NCBI GenBank assembly: GCA_947588685.1
Contig: CANPYM010000022.1
Location: forward strand, 309 to 64,308
Reading direction: 5' to 3'
DNA: 64,000 nt
Source: an uncultured Bacilli bacterium
Lineage (GTDB): Bacteria > Bacillota_I > Bacilli_A > RF39 > UBA660
Part shown: piece after piece, positions 38,964-49,606 of the stretch
Layout of the letters: each line of letters opens with the position of its first letter
Numbering within the stretch: the first letter of the stretch is position 1
Made by a program: the position numbers and the translations under genes
The notes under the pieces: model-generated
Told to the model about the DNA's origin: nothing
The model's input: only the letters and a program-made list of their open reading frames with translations
Databases searched by the model: none

Positions 38964-40222
38964 TACTTTTTATTTTCACCTTTTAAAATATCAAACACTT
39001 TACGAACTTTTAATTCATAACGAATCATTTCGCTACCAAAATTATTAGTGAACTCTTCTTTGCTCATATTATATTTTTGAGCTAAATCTTCTAATTCTTT
39101 ATCAACTTCTTTTTCGTCAGCTTCAATTTTTTCTTTCTTAATAATTTCATCTAAAATTAAGCGGTATGTAATTCTCTTTGTAGCTTGTTCTTTATATTCT
39201 TCTCTTAATTTATCTTCACTCATACCTGTAAATTGATAGAATTGTTCTAGGCTGATACCTTGCATTTGAAGATTTTGACCATATTCTTTGATCATTCGAT
39301 CTAATTCAGCTTTTACCATAGCGTCAGGAATATCTATTTTAGTTGTCTTAGATACCTCATCTAATAAGGCATCAGTCCATTTGTCTTCAACTTCTTTTTC
39401 TTTTTGAGCTTTAATGTTTTCCTTAACTTGTTTTTCTAATGACTCTTTTGAATCAATTCCTTCCATACCTAAATCATCGAAGAAATCTTTATCTAGTTCA
39501 GGAATAACAACTTGCTTTACTTCATTAACTTTAACTTTGAAAGTAACAGCTTGTCCTTTTAACTCTTCAGCATGGTAATCTTCTGGGAAAGTAAGATTGA
39601 TATCTTTTTCATCGCCAGCTTTAAGGCCAATTAATTGTTCTTCAAAGCCAGGAATGAAGGTATTACTACCGATTTCTAATGAATAGTTTTCGCCTTTACC
39701 ACCTTTAAAAGCAACACCATCTTTAAATCCTTCAAAATCAATAACCGCGATATCACCATTTTCAATAGGTGCTTCCTTAGTAACATTTTCTTTATAATGT
39801 TCACGCATATGATTGATAGAATCTTCAATCTCTTCTTTGGTTACCGTAACTTTTTCTTTTTTAGCTTTTAAATCTTTATATTTACCTAGTTTAACATCTG
39901 GTTTTAACGTTAAAACAAATTTATATTCAATACCATTTTCATCTAAACTATTAATACTAACGTCTGGTTCAGCAACAACTTCTAAGTTTTCGTTTTCTTC
40001 TAATAAGCGATCATAAGCTACTTCAATAGCCTTATTTGATGCTTCATAATAAAGGCTTTCTTTGCCATAATGTTTAATATAGACATTCTTTGGAGCTTTA
40101 CCAGGACGGAAACCAGCTATTTTAGCTTTACGATTAGCTTTTTTGAAGGCATCATCTAATAATTTTTCCCATTCTTCGCCTTCAATTTTAATTAAAATTT
40201 CTTTTTCGTTCTTTTTTTCCAT
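38963..40222 (-). CDS. tig: Trigger factor
   Basis: GFRPGKAP signature; FKBP domain (IDFEGF..G..F.GG, LEIGSNTFIPGFEEQL). Confidence 0.97.
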   Translation of the reverse strand: MEKKNEKEILIKIEGEEWEKLLDDAFKKANRKAKIAGFRPGKAPKNVYIKHYGKESLYYEASNKAIEVAYDRLLEENENLEVVAEPDVSINSLDENGIEYKFVLTLKPDVKLGKYKDLKAKKEKVTVTKEEIEDSINHMREHYKENVTKEAPIENGDIAVIDFEGFKDGVAFKGGKGENYSLEIGSNTFIPGFEEQLIGLKAGDEKDINLTFPEDYHAEELKGQAVTFKVKVNEVKQVVIPELDKDFFDDLGMEGIDSKESLEKQVKENIKAQKEKEVEDKWTDALLDEVSKTTKIDIPDAMVKAELDRMIKEYGQNLQMQGISLEQFYQFTGMSEDKLREEYKEQATKRITYRLILDEIIKKEKIEADEKEVDKELEDLAQKYNMSKEEFTNNFGSEMIRYELKVRKVFDILKGENKK

Positions 40223-40285
40223 AATTCATCACCACGATATATAGTATATAATAAAAATCTTTTTTAAGCAAGGAAATTAAGACAT

Positions 40286-40897
40286 TTATCCCAATATCTT
40301 ACCAATTGTTTCAGCATAATTATCACTTAGTGTCACATAACTTCCAACAGCTAAAATATCGGCTCCTACGCACTTATCTTTAGTCTTATCATTAATACCA
40401 CCATCAACCTCAATTAAATAGTTATAGCCATATTCCTCACGAAGACGCACAAGTTCTTGAATCTTATTTGGACTAGTTTCAATAAATGCTTGACCACCCT
40501 TACCTGGTACGACCGACATTACTAATACAACATCAACTTTATCTAAGTATGGTAAAAGTTTTTGAATAGATGTATCCGGACTGATAGCTAAACCAACTTT
40601 CATATTTTGCTCTTTAATGTAGTTAATATTACCAATGACATCATCAGTAGCTTCGATATGAAATGTAATCCATTCTGGCTGATATTTTTTATACATATCA
40701 ACATACTCTTTAACGTTATTAACCATTAAATGAACTTCAACCTTATTTTTTAAAGGTGGTAAAGAAAGAAGGTCTACTTTACTGTTGACAAACTTTCCAT
40801 CCATAACATCAATATGTAAGTAGTCGACATTTTGGTTATCCAATTCTTTTATTTTCTCTATATCATCTTTTATGCTTAATAGAGTCACAGATATCAT
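40286..40897 (-). CDS. rpe: Ribulose-phosphate 3-epimerase
   Basis: HIDVMDGKFV, EVHLMV, ITFHIE, VMSVVPGKGGQ and EVDGGIN; start moved to ATG 40897. Confidence 0.95.
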   Translation of the reverse strand: MISVTLLSIKDDIEKIKELDNQNVDYLHIDVMDGKFVNSKVDLLSLPPLKNKVEVHLMVNNVKEYVDMYKKYQPEWITFHIEATDDVIGNINYIKEQNMKVGLAISPDTSIQKLLPYLDKVDVVLVMSVVPGKGGQAFIETSPNKIQELVRLREEYGYNYLIEVDGGINDKTKDKCVGADILAVGSYVTLSDNYAETIGKILG

Positions 40898-40955
40898 AAC
40901 ATCACCTATAATAAGTATACAAAACATTACTTTTAAAAGCAAATAAAAATGTAGA

Positions 40956-41804
40956 TTAATAATCTACATTTTCTTTGCGATCAATAAATTTTAAGTAATT
41001 TTCATAACGTGAGGAAAGAATATTACCACTTTCTACTTGTCTTTTAATTTCGCAATCAGCTTCACTTTTATGCATACAATCTTGGTATTCACACTTATCA
41101 CGATACTGATTAAACTCTATAAAACTATCTCTAATATCACTATTTTTCATACCGATAAAATCGAGTGAGGAAAAACCTGGTGTATCAGCAATTAATCCTC
41201 CTAATACCGGCAATAATTCGACATGACGCGTTGTATGACGACCCCGGCCTAACTTAGCGGATACATCAGCTGTCGCAATATTTAGTGTTTCATCTAAATG
41301 ATTTAGTAAAGTACTTTTACCGGCTCCACTTTGGCCGGCAAAAACCGTGACTTTATTCTTAAAAATATCTTTTATTTTTTCATCCGTATTTAGATACACA
41401 TCATAGCCAATACGCCTGTAATAATTGATATAAATATCTATTTCCTTACGATATTCGTCATCAATTAAATCTAATTTGGTAAAACAAATAATCGGCTTAA
41501 TATTGTTATATTCAATAATGGTTAAAAGTTTATCTAAAAGATTTGATGAAAAGTTGGGAATATGAACACTCGTAATAATAACAGCTTGATCAACATTAGC
41601 AATACTAGGTCTAATTAACTCATTTGTGCGAGGTAATATTTCCATAATATATTTATTTTGGTAATCGATAATGACCTTATCACCTACTAAAGGAGTGAGA
41701 TGAAGATTGCGAAACTTACCGCGAGCTTTACAAACAACTAATGTATTATCATCAAGTTTAACAGTATAATCATTACTGATCTGTTTAACTATTGTTCCTT
41801 GCAT
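40956..41804 (-). CDS. rsgA: Ribosome small subunit-dependent GTPase RsgA (CpgA)
   Basis: TKLD, GQSGAGKS, GRHTT, DTPGF and C-x4-C-x-H-x5-C zinc site. Confidence 0.95.
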   Translation of the reverse strand: MQGTIVKQISNDYTVKLDDNTLVVCKARGKFRNLHLTPLVGDKVIIDYQNKYIMEILPRTNELIRPSIANVDQAVIITSVHIPNFSSNLLDKLLTIIEYNNIKPIICFTKLDLIDDEYRKEIDIYINYYRRIGYDVYLNTDEKIKDIFKNKVTVFAGQSGAGKSTLLNHLDETLNIATADVSAKLGRGRHTTRHVELLPVLGGLIADTPGFSSLDFIGMKNSDIRDSFIEFNQYRDKCEYQDCMHKSEADCEIKRQVESGNILSSRYENYLKFIDRKENVDY

Positions 41805-41806
41805 AA

Positions 41807-43597
41807 CTATTCGGCTGGAGCTTGATTAGACGCATCGTTAGATGTATCTGGCGTTGGCTCTTCCGTCGCATTTGGATTTTTATTTGTAGCGATTTCTATT
41901 TTTAAAGTAACACCTGGCTTAACTTCAACACCGGCAGCTCTACTTTGTGATAAAATCGTACCTTTTTTCTTTTCTGGTTTATAAGTTTCTTCAAAAGTAC
42001 ATTTTATACCATTATCATCACAGAAAGTTTGGATTTTATCTCTATCATAAGTACCATCAGTGAAATCTGGATATACCGTAATTAAAGTAGCATAAGTAAG
42101 CTCTAAAACGCCACCTTCATCAAGTCTTTCACCTTCAGCTTTACTTTGACTTAAAATCATACCTTCGAAAGCATCTTTATAATCGTCTTCTTCTGTTGAT
42201 ACTTTTTTAGCTGTCTTAACAACTTTTAATCCTAATGTCTCTAGTTCAATTTGAACAGCATTAACATTTCGACCAACATAATTATCTAGTTTAACACCAG
42301 AAGCTCCACTTGATATCAAAAGGGTTACCGTCGTACCTGATTTTACTTTTGAGCCTTCCTTACGTGATTTATATCCAACAACTAATCCTTCTTCAATAGA
42401 TTCACTTGCCGTATCTTCTTTTTGATAATAAACGCCTATCTCATTTAAAGCTTCTTGAGCATATTCTTCACTTTTACCGGCAACATCAGGTAAAATGACC
42501 GTCTTTGTCTCGCTAGACTTTAGTAAACCAAAGAAAGCAACTAATAAACCAATAACGACAATTGTTGCAATTACACCAACAAGCGTAACTATAATTTTAA
42601 ACTTCTTCACGCCAACTTTTCCTTCCTTATCATCACGTTCTTCATCTTTTTCTATTTCTTTATCTTGAACGTCTTGTTCTTCCTCTTTTTCTTCCTTAAG
42701 ACGTTCTTTTAACTTAGCAGCTTCTACTTCTGTATCAGGATATTTATAAATTAATTTTTCTTCATCACGACGAGCTTCCGATAGAACTGTTTTTAAGTCT
42801 TCATGCATTTCACTAACAGAATCATATCGATTCTTAGGGTTTTTAGCACAGGCTCTTAATACAACATTTTCAACACTCTGAGGAATACTAGCATTTTCAG
42901 CCACAATACTAGGTAGTGGATCTTTCATTTGCTTAATAGCTATTTCAACAGCATTGTCACCTTTAAATGGTAACTTACCGGTTAATAATTCATACATTAG
43001 AATACCTAATGAATAAATATCACTTTTGACTGTTGCCACATTGCCATTAGCTTGTTCTGGTGGAAGATAATGAACTGATCCCATAACAGAATTAGTCTGC
43101 GTTAACTCCGTACTATTTAACGCTACCGCAATACCAAAATCCGTTATTTTAACGCGGCCATCTTCTAAGATTAAAACGTTTTGGGGTTTGATATCACGGT
43201 GAATGATAAAACGTTCATGAGCACAGGCAATACCACTTGTTAATTGAAGCATAATATCAATTGTTTCCGATAATGATAAAGCACCTCTTTTTTTAATTAA
43301 ACTTTTTAGAGTCTTTCCATTAACATATTCCATAACGATAAAGTAGTTGCCATCATCTTCACCAACATCATACATTTCAACGATGTTAGGATGATTTAAA
43401 GAACTAGCTGCTTTAGCTTCGCGTTGAAATCTTTTAACAAACTTCTCATCGCTAGCTAAGTCGCCTCTTAAAATTTTAACGGCTACTTCGCGTTCTAGAA
43501 TGGTATCATAAGCAAGATAGACATTGGCCATACCACCTTCACCAATCGTTCGAATGATTTGATAACGACCATCTATTTTTTGACCTTTAACAATCAT
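41807..43597 (-). CDS. prkC: PASTA-domain Ser/Thr kinase PrkC/PknB
   Basis: IGEGGMANVY, VAVK, HRDIKPQN, DFG and GSVHYLPPEQ; TM; about three degenerate PASTA repeats. Confidence 0.96.
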   Translation of the reverse strand: MIVKGQKIDGRYQIIRTIGEGGMANVYLAYDTILEREVAVKILRGDLASDEKFVKRFQREAKAASSLNHPNIVEMYDVGEDDGNYFIVMEYVNGKTLKSLIKKRGALSLSETIDIMLQLTSGIACAHERFIIHRDIKPQNVLILEDGRVKITDFGIAVALNSTELTQTNSVMGSVHYLPPEQANGNVATVKSDIYSLGILMYELLTGKLPFKGDNAVEIAIKQMKDPLPSIVAENASIPQSVENVVLRACAKNPKNRYDSVSEMHEDLKTVLSEARRDEEKLIYKYPDTEVEAAKLKERLKEEKEEEQDVQDKEIEKDEERDDKEGKVGVKKFKIIVTLVGVIATIVVIGLLVAFFGLLKSSETKTVILPDVAGKSEEYAQEALNEIGVYYQKEDTASESIEEGLVVGYKSRKEGSKVKSGTTVTLLISSGASGVKLDNYVGRNVNAVQIELETLGLKVVKTAKKVSTEEDDYKDAFEGMILSQSKAEGERLDEGGVLELTYATLITVYPDFTDGTYDRDKIQTFCDDNGIKCTFEETYKPEKKKGTILSQSRAAGVEVKPGVTLKIEIATNKNPNATEEPTPDTSNDASNQAPAE

Positions 43598-44331
43598 TTA
43601 CTTTCCTCCTTATATAATAACGCAACCGATATATTATCATTTCCCCCACGATTATTAGCTTTAAAAACTAATTTTTTAAGTTTATCATCTAAAGCACCTT
43701 CACCATTTAAGACACGACTTATTTGTTCTTCTGTTAACATATTAGTTAAGCCATCACTACAAAGCATAATACCTTGAACATTAAGTTCAACATTAAAGAT
43801 ATCAGCTTCGACATTGGTATTAGCACCTAATGCTTTCATAAGTACATTCTTACGAGGATGATCTTTAGCTTCTTCCTCTGTTAAATCACCACTTTTAACT
43901 AGAAGGTTAACTAACGTATGATCAACCGTTATCTTATGTAATTTATTATTTTTAATAACATAACCAGAAGAGTCACCAATATTTCCAAATAGTAAAAACT
44001 TATCTGTTAAAATCGTCATAACTAAAGTTGTTCCCATTCCCATACTTTCAGGATGTTCACCAACATATTTAAAAATTAAAGCATTGGCCTCACTAATAAT
44101 ACTTTGCATCCAGTTAATAGCGTCTTCTTTATTTCCAACACTACTAATTTCTTGAAATCTCTTACTAATGTGATTAATGGCAATGTTAGAAGCAATCTCA
44201 CCATCTTTATGGCCACCCATTCCATCAGCAACAACCATAAGAACTTCTTTTGAAGCATTTTCAACAATAGTAACGCAGTCTTCATTACGCTCCCTTATTT
44301 TTCCTGGATCTGTTAAATAGCTATATTTCAT
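43594..44331 (-). CDS. prpC: PP2C-type Ser/Thr phosphatase PrpC/Stp1
   Basis: RERNED, VADGMGGH, MGTT, NIGDS, CSDGL and GGNDNIS. Confidence 0.96.
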   Translation of the reverse strand: MKYSYLTDPGKIRERNEDCVTIVENASKEVLMVVADGMGGHKDGEIASNIAINHISKRFQEISSVGNKEDAINWMQSIISEANALIFKYVGEHPESMGMGTTLVMTILTDKFLLFGNIGDSSGYVIKNNKLHKITVDHTLVNLLVKSGDLTEEEAKDHPRKNVLMKALGANTNVEADIFNVELNVQGIMLCSDGLTNMLTEEQISRVLNGEGALDDKLKKLVFKANNRGGNDNISVALLYKEESK

Positions 44332-44332
44332 T

Positions 44333-45355
44333 TTAAGCCTCCTCGTAATTTGATCTTAATTGTCCACAAGCAGCATTAACTTTGCTGCCAAATTCACGAC
44401 GAATCGTAACGTTTATGCCCCTTTTTTTCAATGTGTCAAAAAACTTCATAATTTGTTCTTGACTGCTCTTTTTATACTCAATATGACTTGTTTCATTATA
44501 AGGTATTAAATTGACATAACAATTAATACCTCTTAATAAATCACTTAATTCATTAGCGTTTTGAACACTGTCGTTAACACCCTTTAACATTATATATTCA
44601 AAAGTTACCCGCCTTTTAGTTACTTCTACATATTTTTTAACGGCTGGAATTAACTTTTCTAAAGGATAAGCTTTATTAATCTCCATAATGCTTGAACGGA
44701 TTTCATTGTTTGGTGCGTGAAGAGAAATGGCTAAGTTAACTTGTTTATCATATTTCATAAAAGCTTCAATCTTAGGAACAATTCCACACGTCGATATAGT
44801 AATGTGGCGACTTCCTAAATCAAGTCCTTTAGGAGTATTAATGATATCAATAAATGATATAACATTATCATAATTGTCAAAAGGTTCACCAATACCCATT
44901 AAAACAAGATGGGAGATACGAATGTTTAAATCAGCTTCAACAGCTAATATTTGTCTTACCATTTCGGATGCTTCCAGATTACGGACTTTTTTTAAACGAC
45001 CGCTTTCACAAAAGTGACATCCCATATTGCAACCAACTTGGGTTGAAATACATAAACTATTACCATAATCATGTTTCATCAAAACAGCTTCAACTTTATT
45101 ATCATCACTTAAACGAAAAAGATACTTAATAACGTCCACATCACTTTTCTTAGCGATTATTTCTAAAGGTTCTATAACAAAGTCATTAGCTAAATCTTGA
45201 ATGGTTTTTTTGCTAACATTACGCATATCCATGAATAATTTAATTCTTTTTTTATACAACCATTCGAATACTTGCGTAGCTTTAAACTTACCTTCACCCT
45301 TAAGAGTAAAGTAGTCCTCTAACTCTTTAATGGTTAAACCATATATATTTTTCAT
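44333..45355 (-). CDS. rlmN: 23S rRNA/tRNA m2A methyltransferase RlmN (radical SAM)
   Basis: QVGCNMGCHFC, MGIGEP, ISLHA, NLIPYN and AACGQL. Confidence 0.97.
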   Translation of the reverse strand: MKNIYGLTIKELEDYFTLKGEGKFKATQVFEWLYKKRIKLFMDMRNVSKKTIQDLANDFVIEPLEIIAKKSDVDVIKYLFRLSDDNKVEAVLMKHDYGNSLCISTQVGCNMGCHFCESGRLKKVRNLEASEMVRQILAVEADLNIRISHLVLMGIGEPFDNYDNVISFIDIINTPKGLDLGSRHITISTCGIVPKIEAFMKYDKQVNLAISLHAPNNEIRSSIMEINKAYPLEKLIPAVKKYVEVTKRRVTFEYIMLKGVNDSVQNANELSDLLRGINCYVNLIPYNETSHIEYKKSSQEQIMKFFDTLKKRGINVTIRREFGSKVNAACGQLRSNYEEA

Positions 45356-45487
45356 ACCTACACCTATTAATAATTATATCAAAAACTAGGTAAAAAAGAA
45401 ATTACTATGCATATTTTTCAATAAATAGAAGCATATTTTAAAGAATTATGGCCTAATTTTGACACTTGTTTAACAAAAAAAGGATGC

Positions 45488-46564
45488 TTATGCTGCATCC
45501 CCAAAATTATTATTTGGATTGGTAGGACGGGTTCCAAGTGTTTTTTGACGCCCACCGATACTATTTTGATTGCTATTGGTAAAGCCATTATCTGGGAATA
45601 TTCTATTGGTAAGTCCTAACATAGCAATGGTTCTAGCGATTCGAGCAAGAATCCTACTATGACGATCTTGACGTCCTGATAAAGTACTGGCATCGGTTAC
45701 AACCGCACGAATTTCTTCCGCTGTATATTCCTCACCCTTAAAGCTAATTGTCTTATCAACTCTAGCTCCAGCTTCATCAAGTTGAGCTTCATTTTCACTA
45801 ATTTCCATATTAGAACTAAGTTCATCAGCAATTTTGTTGGCAATATTAGCGAATTCGACATCATTGATGTCCGTTAAATCCTCATCATCGTTAGACAATT
45901 CATTACGATTTTGATGACTTATTACCCGAGCACTTTGAATCGTAAGCTTACCTTGATTATCAATATTAGCTTCGATAACATTGTTATTTTCATCAACAAT
46001 GAAAGAATGTTTAAAATTAACATAACGGATCTTTAAAGAAGCTTCAATCGTCTCTTTAGCTTTTAAATATAAGTCTAAAAGTTTTAATAAGGCTCTTTGC
46101 TTAGAATATTCTGGTCGCAAATATTCTCTATATTTACTTTTAAGTGAATGCCTACTAATATCAACAATTGGAATTAAATCAAGTTCAACATTTTTATGGC
46201 GAGCATTATACTCATAAATAGCTTCGGCATTGGCACGCTTATCTGCACTTTGCGCAAAAGAAAGGCTAGATTGATCAGTTCTAAATGCTTGCTCAGCTGT
46301 TGTTGTATTACTAGGTACTTCAACAATTTTTAAACTACGATCTTTAGGATTATAAAATTTGAATAGTTCTTGACCATTATTAGCGCCGTTCTTGTCGGTA
46401 AGTTTAACGTGTTCAATATCACTTAAATTAACACCATAAGCTTTAGCTATTTCAGCTTTTTTTTGTTCCTCCGTTTTTTCTGTTGCCTGTTTCTTTTTCA
46501 TTTCTTCTTCTTTTAATTGTTGTTGATATCTCGGATCTAGATTCTGATTTTGTCCGTTTGGCAT
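45488..46564 (-). CDS. Hypothetical protein; probable distant paralog of 1625..2374
   Basis: 358-aa ORF, SD AGGAG, extended -10 TGTTACAAT upstream; no family recognised. Confidence 0.75.
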   Translation of the reverse strand: MPNGQNQNLDPRYQQQLKEEEMKKKQATEKTEEQKKAEIAKAYGVNLSDIEHVKLTDKNGANNGQELFKFYNPKDRSLKIVEVPSNTTTAEQAFRTDQSSLSFAQSADKRANAEAIYEYNARHKNVELDLIPIVDISRHSLKSKYREYLRPEYSKQRALLKLLDLYLKAKETIEASLKIRYVNFKHSFIVDENNNVIEANIDNQGKLTIQSARVISHQNRNELSNDDEDLTDINDVEFANIANKIADELSSNMEISENEAQLDEAGARVDKTISFKGEEYTAEEIRAVVTDASTLSGRQDRHSRILARIARTIAMLGLTNRIFPDNGFTNSNQNSIGGRQKTLGTRPTNPNNNFGDAA

Positions 46565-46744
46565 ACCATCACTCCTATTTTCAAGTTTATTGTAACATAC
46601 CTAAAAATATTTTTTACCATTTTTCGTTAATAATTCAATCTACTTTACACTTTTAATATCAACAAAAAAAATAAGAATATTAGTATGAATATCATTTTTA
46701 TTCCTAAAAGACAAATTTTATTCATATAAAATTCTTATTTTAAT

Positions 46745-47911
46745 TTAAATAGTCAATCCTAAATAGATAAGAAAACCGATTAGTATCGTTAACATCACAC
46801 CGCCATTAATGCGATCTGAAGTCGTCGTTTTATATTTTACACCAACAACTTTAGCAACTAAAAAGCCGCCAATAATTCCGCCAATATGGGCTCCCATATC
46901 AATATTAGATATACATATTCCTAAAATAAAGTTTAGAATAATCAAAGGAATAATTTGCGATTTGATTATTCCACCAAAATAAACGCGGTAATGATATCCA
47001 AAGTAAAGGAAAGCACCAATAAGGCCAAAGATACATCCGCTCGCACCAACAGTTACAATATTATCTGGTAAAAAGAGCATCGATGTTAGTCCCCCAACAA
47101 TACCGCTCACTAAATAGATAAACAAATATTTAGCTTTACCAAAGAAACTCTCTAACTGTGGCCCTAAAATATATAAGGCATAAAGATTTAGAAGTAAATG
47201 AAGAATATTGGCATGCAAAAACATACTTGATATTAAAGTTAGATAACTTAATGGTCCTTCCATCATCCGATGATTTACTAAAGCACCAAACTCATATAAC
47301 AAATTGGCATCAACGTTAAAAGGATTGCCACCAGCTAAAACAACCATTAAAAACATAATAATATTGCTAATGATTAAAGCGTATGTAATAATTGGTCTTT
47401 TTTTACTAAATATCTCATCAGCTTTAATCGCATCATCACGATTTTTTTGATTAATTTCCTCCGTCAATTTCATAAATAACTCAAGTCCTTGCTCGGTTAC
47501 TTTATCAATTTTATTTATCGTTGGAAAACTTTCTGTAACAAAATCATATTTCGTTATATCAGAAATATTTTTTAATTCAATACAATCAATATTGTTGTGA
47601 TTACTTTCTTCCAAATGAACATTATCACCTAGATTAACAAAAATACTTAAAGCATTCATTTTAAAGCTAAAAGTTTTACGTTTAATGGTTCGAATAATTT
47701 GTTTAGTACGATAAATGTCCCAATCAAATTGTTCATCATTGTGAATATAATTCGTAACAATCCGAACAATTTTATAATCTTGTTCCGTATTTTCAAGCCA
47801 AATCTCGTCTTTAGCACCATGCAGAATAATCGGATTATAACCTTGTTCTGTTATAAAATAATGTAAAAGTTTCATCACAATTTCATCATTTTTATCAAGT
47901 GTAATATTCAT
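46745..47911 (-). CDS. Rhomboid intramembrane serine protease with N-terminal soluble domain (YqgP/GluP-like)
   Basis: SMFLHANILHLLLN, VGASG (catalytic Ser) and AHIGG (catalytic His); start ATG 47911 behind GGAGG. Confidence 0.93.
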   Translation of the reverse strand: MNITLDKNDEIVMKLLHYFITEQGYNPIILHGAKDEIWLENTEQDYKIVRIVTNYIHNDEQFDWDIYRTKQIIRTIKRKTFSFKMNALSIFVNLGDNVHLEESNHNNIDCIELKNISDITKYDFVTESFPTINKIDKVTEQGLELFMKLTEEINQKNRDDAIKADEIFSKKRPIITYALIISNIIMFLMVVLAGGNPFNVDANLLYEFGALVNHRMMEGPLSYLTLISSMFLHANILHLLLNLYALYILGPQLESFFGKAKYLFIYLVSGIVGGLTSMLFLPDNIVTVGASGCIFGLIGAFLYFGYHYRVYFGGIIKSQIIPLIILNFILGICISNIDMGAHIGGIIGGFLVAKVVGVKYKTTTSDRINGGVMLTILIGFLIYLGLTI

Positions 47912-47956
47912 TTTCTCACCTCCCAATATTGTAATATATTTTTTCTTTTAAGTAAA

Positions 47957-48856
47957 CTAATTATCTTCTTTAAAGAGCGACATTATTCTTGTAAAACATT
48001 CTGGTAACTCACTATCAAACTCCATATATTCTTTTGTTCTTGGATGTGTAAAACCTAAGGTTTTAGCGTGCAAACACTGACCAGTATCATCGATTAATTT
48101 ATGATGACCATAAACAGGATCATTAACAATTGGATAGCCAATATAATCTAGATGAACTCTAATTTGATGGGTTCGGCCAGTCTCTAGGCTAAGTTCTAAT
48201 AGTGTAGCATTTTTATAGCGCTCTAAAACCTTAAAATGCGTAATAGCTGGTTTACTATTGATAGCTGTTACCGCCATTTTTTTACGATTTTTTGGATCCC
48301 TACCAATTGGGGCATCGATTGTGCCGGTATCATGTCTAATCACACCCCACACTAACGCCCAGTATTTACGAACCGTCTTTTTCTCACTTAACTCATTAGC
48401 TAAAAAAGCATGCGCTTCATTATTTTTAGCAACAACCAAAAGACCAGTTGTATAGGCATCAATACGATGAACAATACCAGGGCGAAACTCACCATTCATA
48501 TCACTTAAGTTTTTAGAATGATATAAAAGCCCATTAACAAGGGTATGTTCATTATTGCCAACTGCCGGATGCACAACCACCCCATTAGCTTTATTGATAA
48601 CTATAAGGTCATCATCTTCATAGACGATATCTAAATCCATTTTTTCGGGAGATGATGACATCGCCTCTTCTTCATAAGGAAAAACCTTAACTTTATCGCC
48701 TATTTTTAACTGATAACTTGCCTTGATGGGTTTATCATTGACAATGATTTTTTCATCTTTTAACATTTTATTAATCTTACTGCGACTAAATGTTAAAAGA
48801 TTAGAAAGATATACGTCTATTCTTCCACTTTCTTCTTGGATTTCGTATTCTTCCAT
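47957..48856 (-). CDS. rluD: RluA/RluD-family pseudouridine synthase with S4 domain
   Basis: GIVHRID, TGLL, LETGRTHQIRVH and GDP-like NDPVYG; follows lspA as in Bacillus. Confidence 0.93.
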   Translation of the reverse strand: MEEYEIQEESGRIDVYLSNLLTFSRSKINKMLKDEKIIVNDKPIKASYQLKIGDKVKVFPYEEEAMSSSPEKMDLDIVYEDDDLIVINKANGVVVHPAVGNNEHTLVNGLLYHSKNLSDMNGEFRPGIVHRIDAYTTGLLVVAKNNEAHAFLANELSEKKTVRKYWALVWGVIRHDTGTIDAPIGRDPKNRKKMAVTAINSKPAITHFKVLERYKNATLLELSLETGRTHQIRVHLDYIGYPIVNDPVYGHHKLIDDTGQCLHAKTLGFTHPRTKEYMEFDSELPECFTRIMSLFKEDN

Positions 48857-49305
48857 ACATCCTCCTTAAGATTTAGGATTAATAATGTAATAACGGATAC
48901 CACAATACATATGTCAGCAAAGTTAAAGATTGGGAAATGATAACTAAAAATGATAAATTCTAAATAATCAATCACATATTGAAAAATAACGCGATCTACA
49001 AAATTACCTAAAATACCACCCAAAAGCATACCGATAAAAAATACTTCAGATTTTTTAAGTGATTTGTCTTTAACAAAGCAATAATAGACAATTACAAGTG
49101 AAAATAAAGTCATACCAATTAGGAAGACGGTATTGCCACTAAAAGAAGAAAAAGCAGCACCATCATTATGAACATTGGAAATGTAGAAAAAATTATTTAT
49201 AACTTTAAGACTTGTACCATAACTAATAAAATGTCTTATAACGGCTTTTAATATTTGATCTAAAGCCAAAAACAAAGTTGTAAAAATCAACAATCTCTTT
49301 TTCAT
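48817..49305 (-). CDS. lspA: Lipoprotein signal peptidase II
   Basis: LDQILK, NDGAAFS, GGILGNFVDR, VIDY and FNFAD. Confidence 0.97.
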   Translation of the reverse strand: MKKRLLIFTTLFLALDQILKAVIRHFISYGTSLKVINNFFYISNVHNDGAAFSSFSGNTVFLIGMTLFSLVIVYYCFVKDKSLKKSEVFFIGMLLGGILGNFVDRVIFQYVIDYLEFIIFSYHFPIFNFADICIVVSVITLLILNLKEDVWKNTKSKKKVEE

Positions 49306-49378
49306 CTTATCACCAATTCTATTATATCACATCTAAGTGCATATGTTAAGGAACAAAAAATAGAAAGCATTAAGCTTT

Positions 49379-49525
49379 CTACTTCATTTTTTCTAGTTTT
49401 TCTGTAGCTGTGTCAATTGCTGTATCCATTAAGCAATCCATTTTTTCTTTTATTGGCTGCTTATATTTTTGATAGGCTAATACACCTAACGCACCTAAAG
49501 CTATCATAGCCATATCTCTACCCAT
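49379..49525 (-). CDS. Unannotated 48-aa small protein (N-terminal hydrophobic helix plus amphipathic tail, YtxH-like)
   Basis: MGRDMAMIALGALGVLAYQKYKQPIKEKMDCLMDTAIDTATEKLEKMK*; SD GAGGTGA 10 nt upstream; fills an otherwise empty gap. Confidence 0.75.
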   Translation of the reverse strand: MGRDMAMIALGALGVLAYQKYKQPIKEKMDCLMDTAIDTATEKLEKMK

Positions 49526-49606
49526 CTGCACAATATCACCTCACACTAGAAAATTGTATATATTAATCCATATATACATTATTAAGATGAACTGATAATC
49601 TAAATA

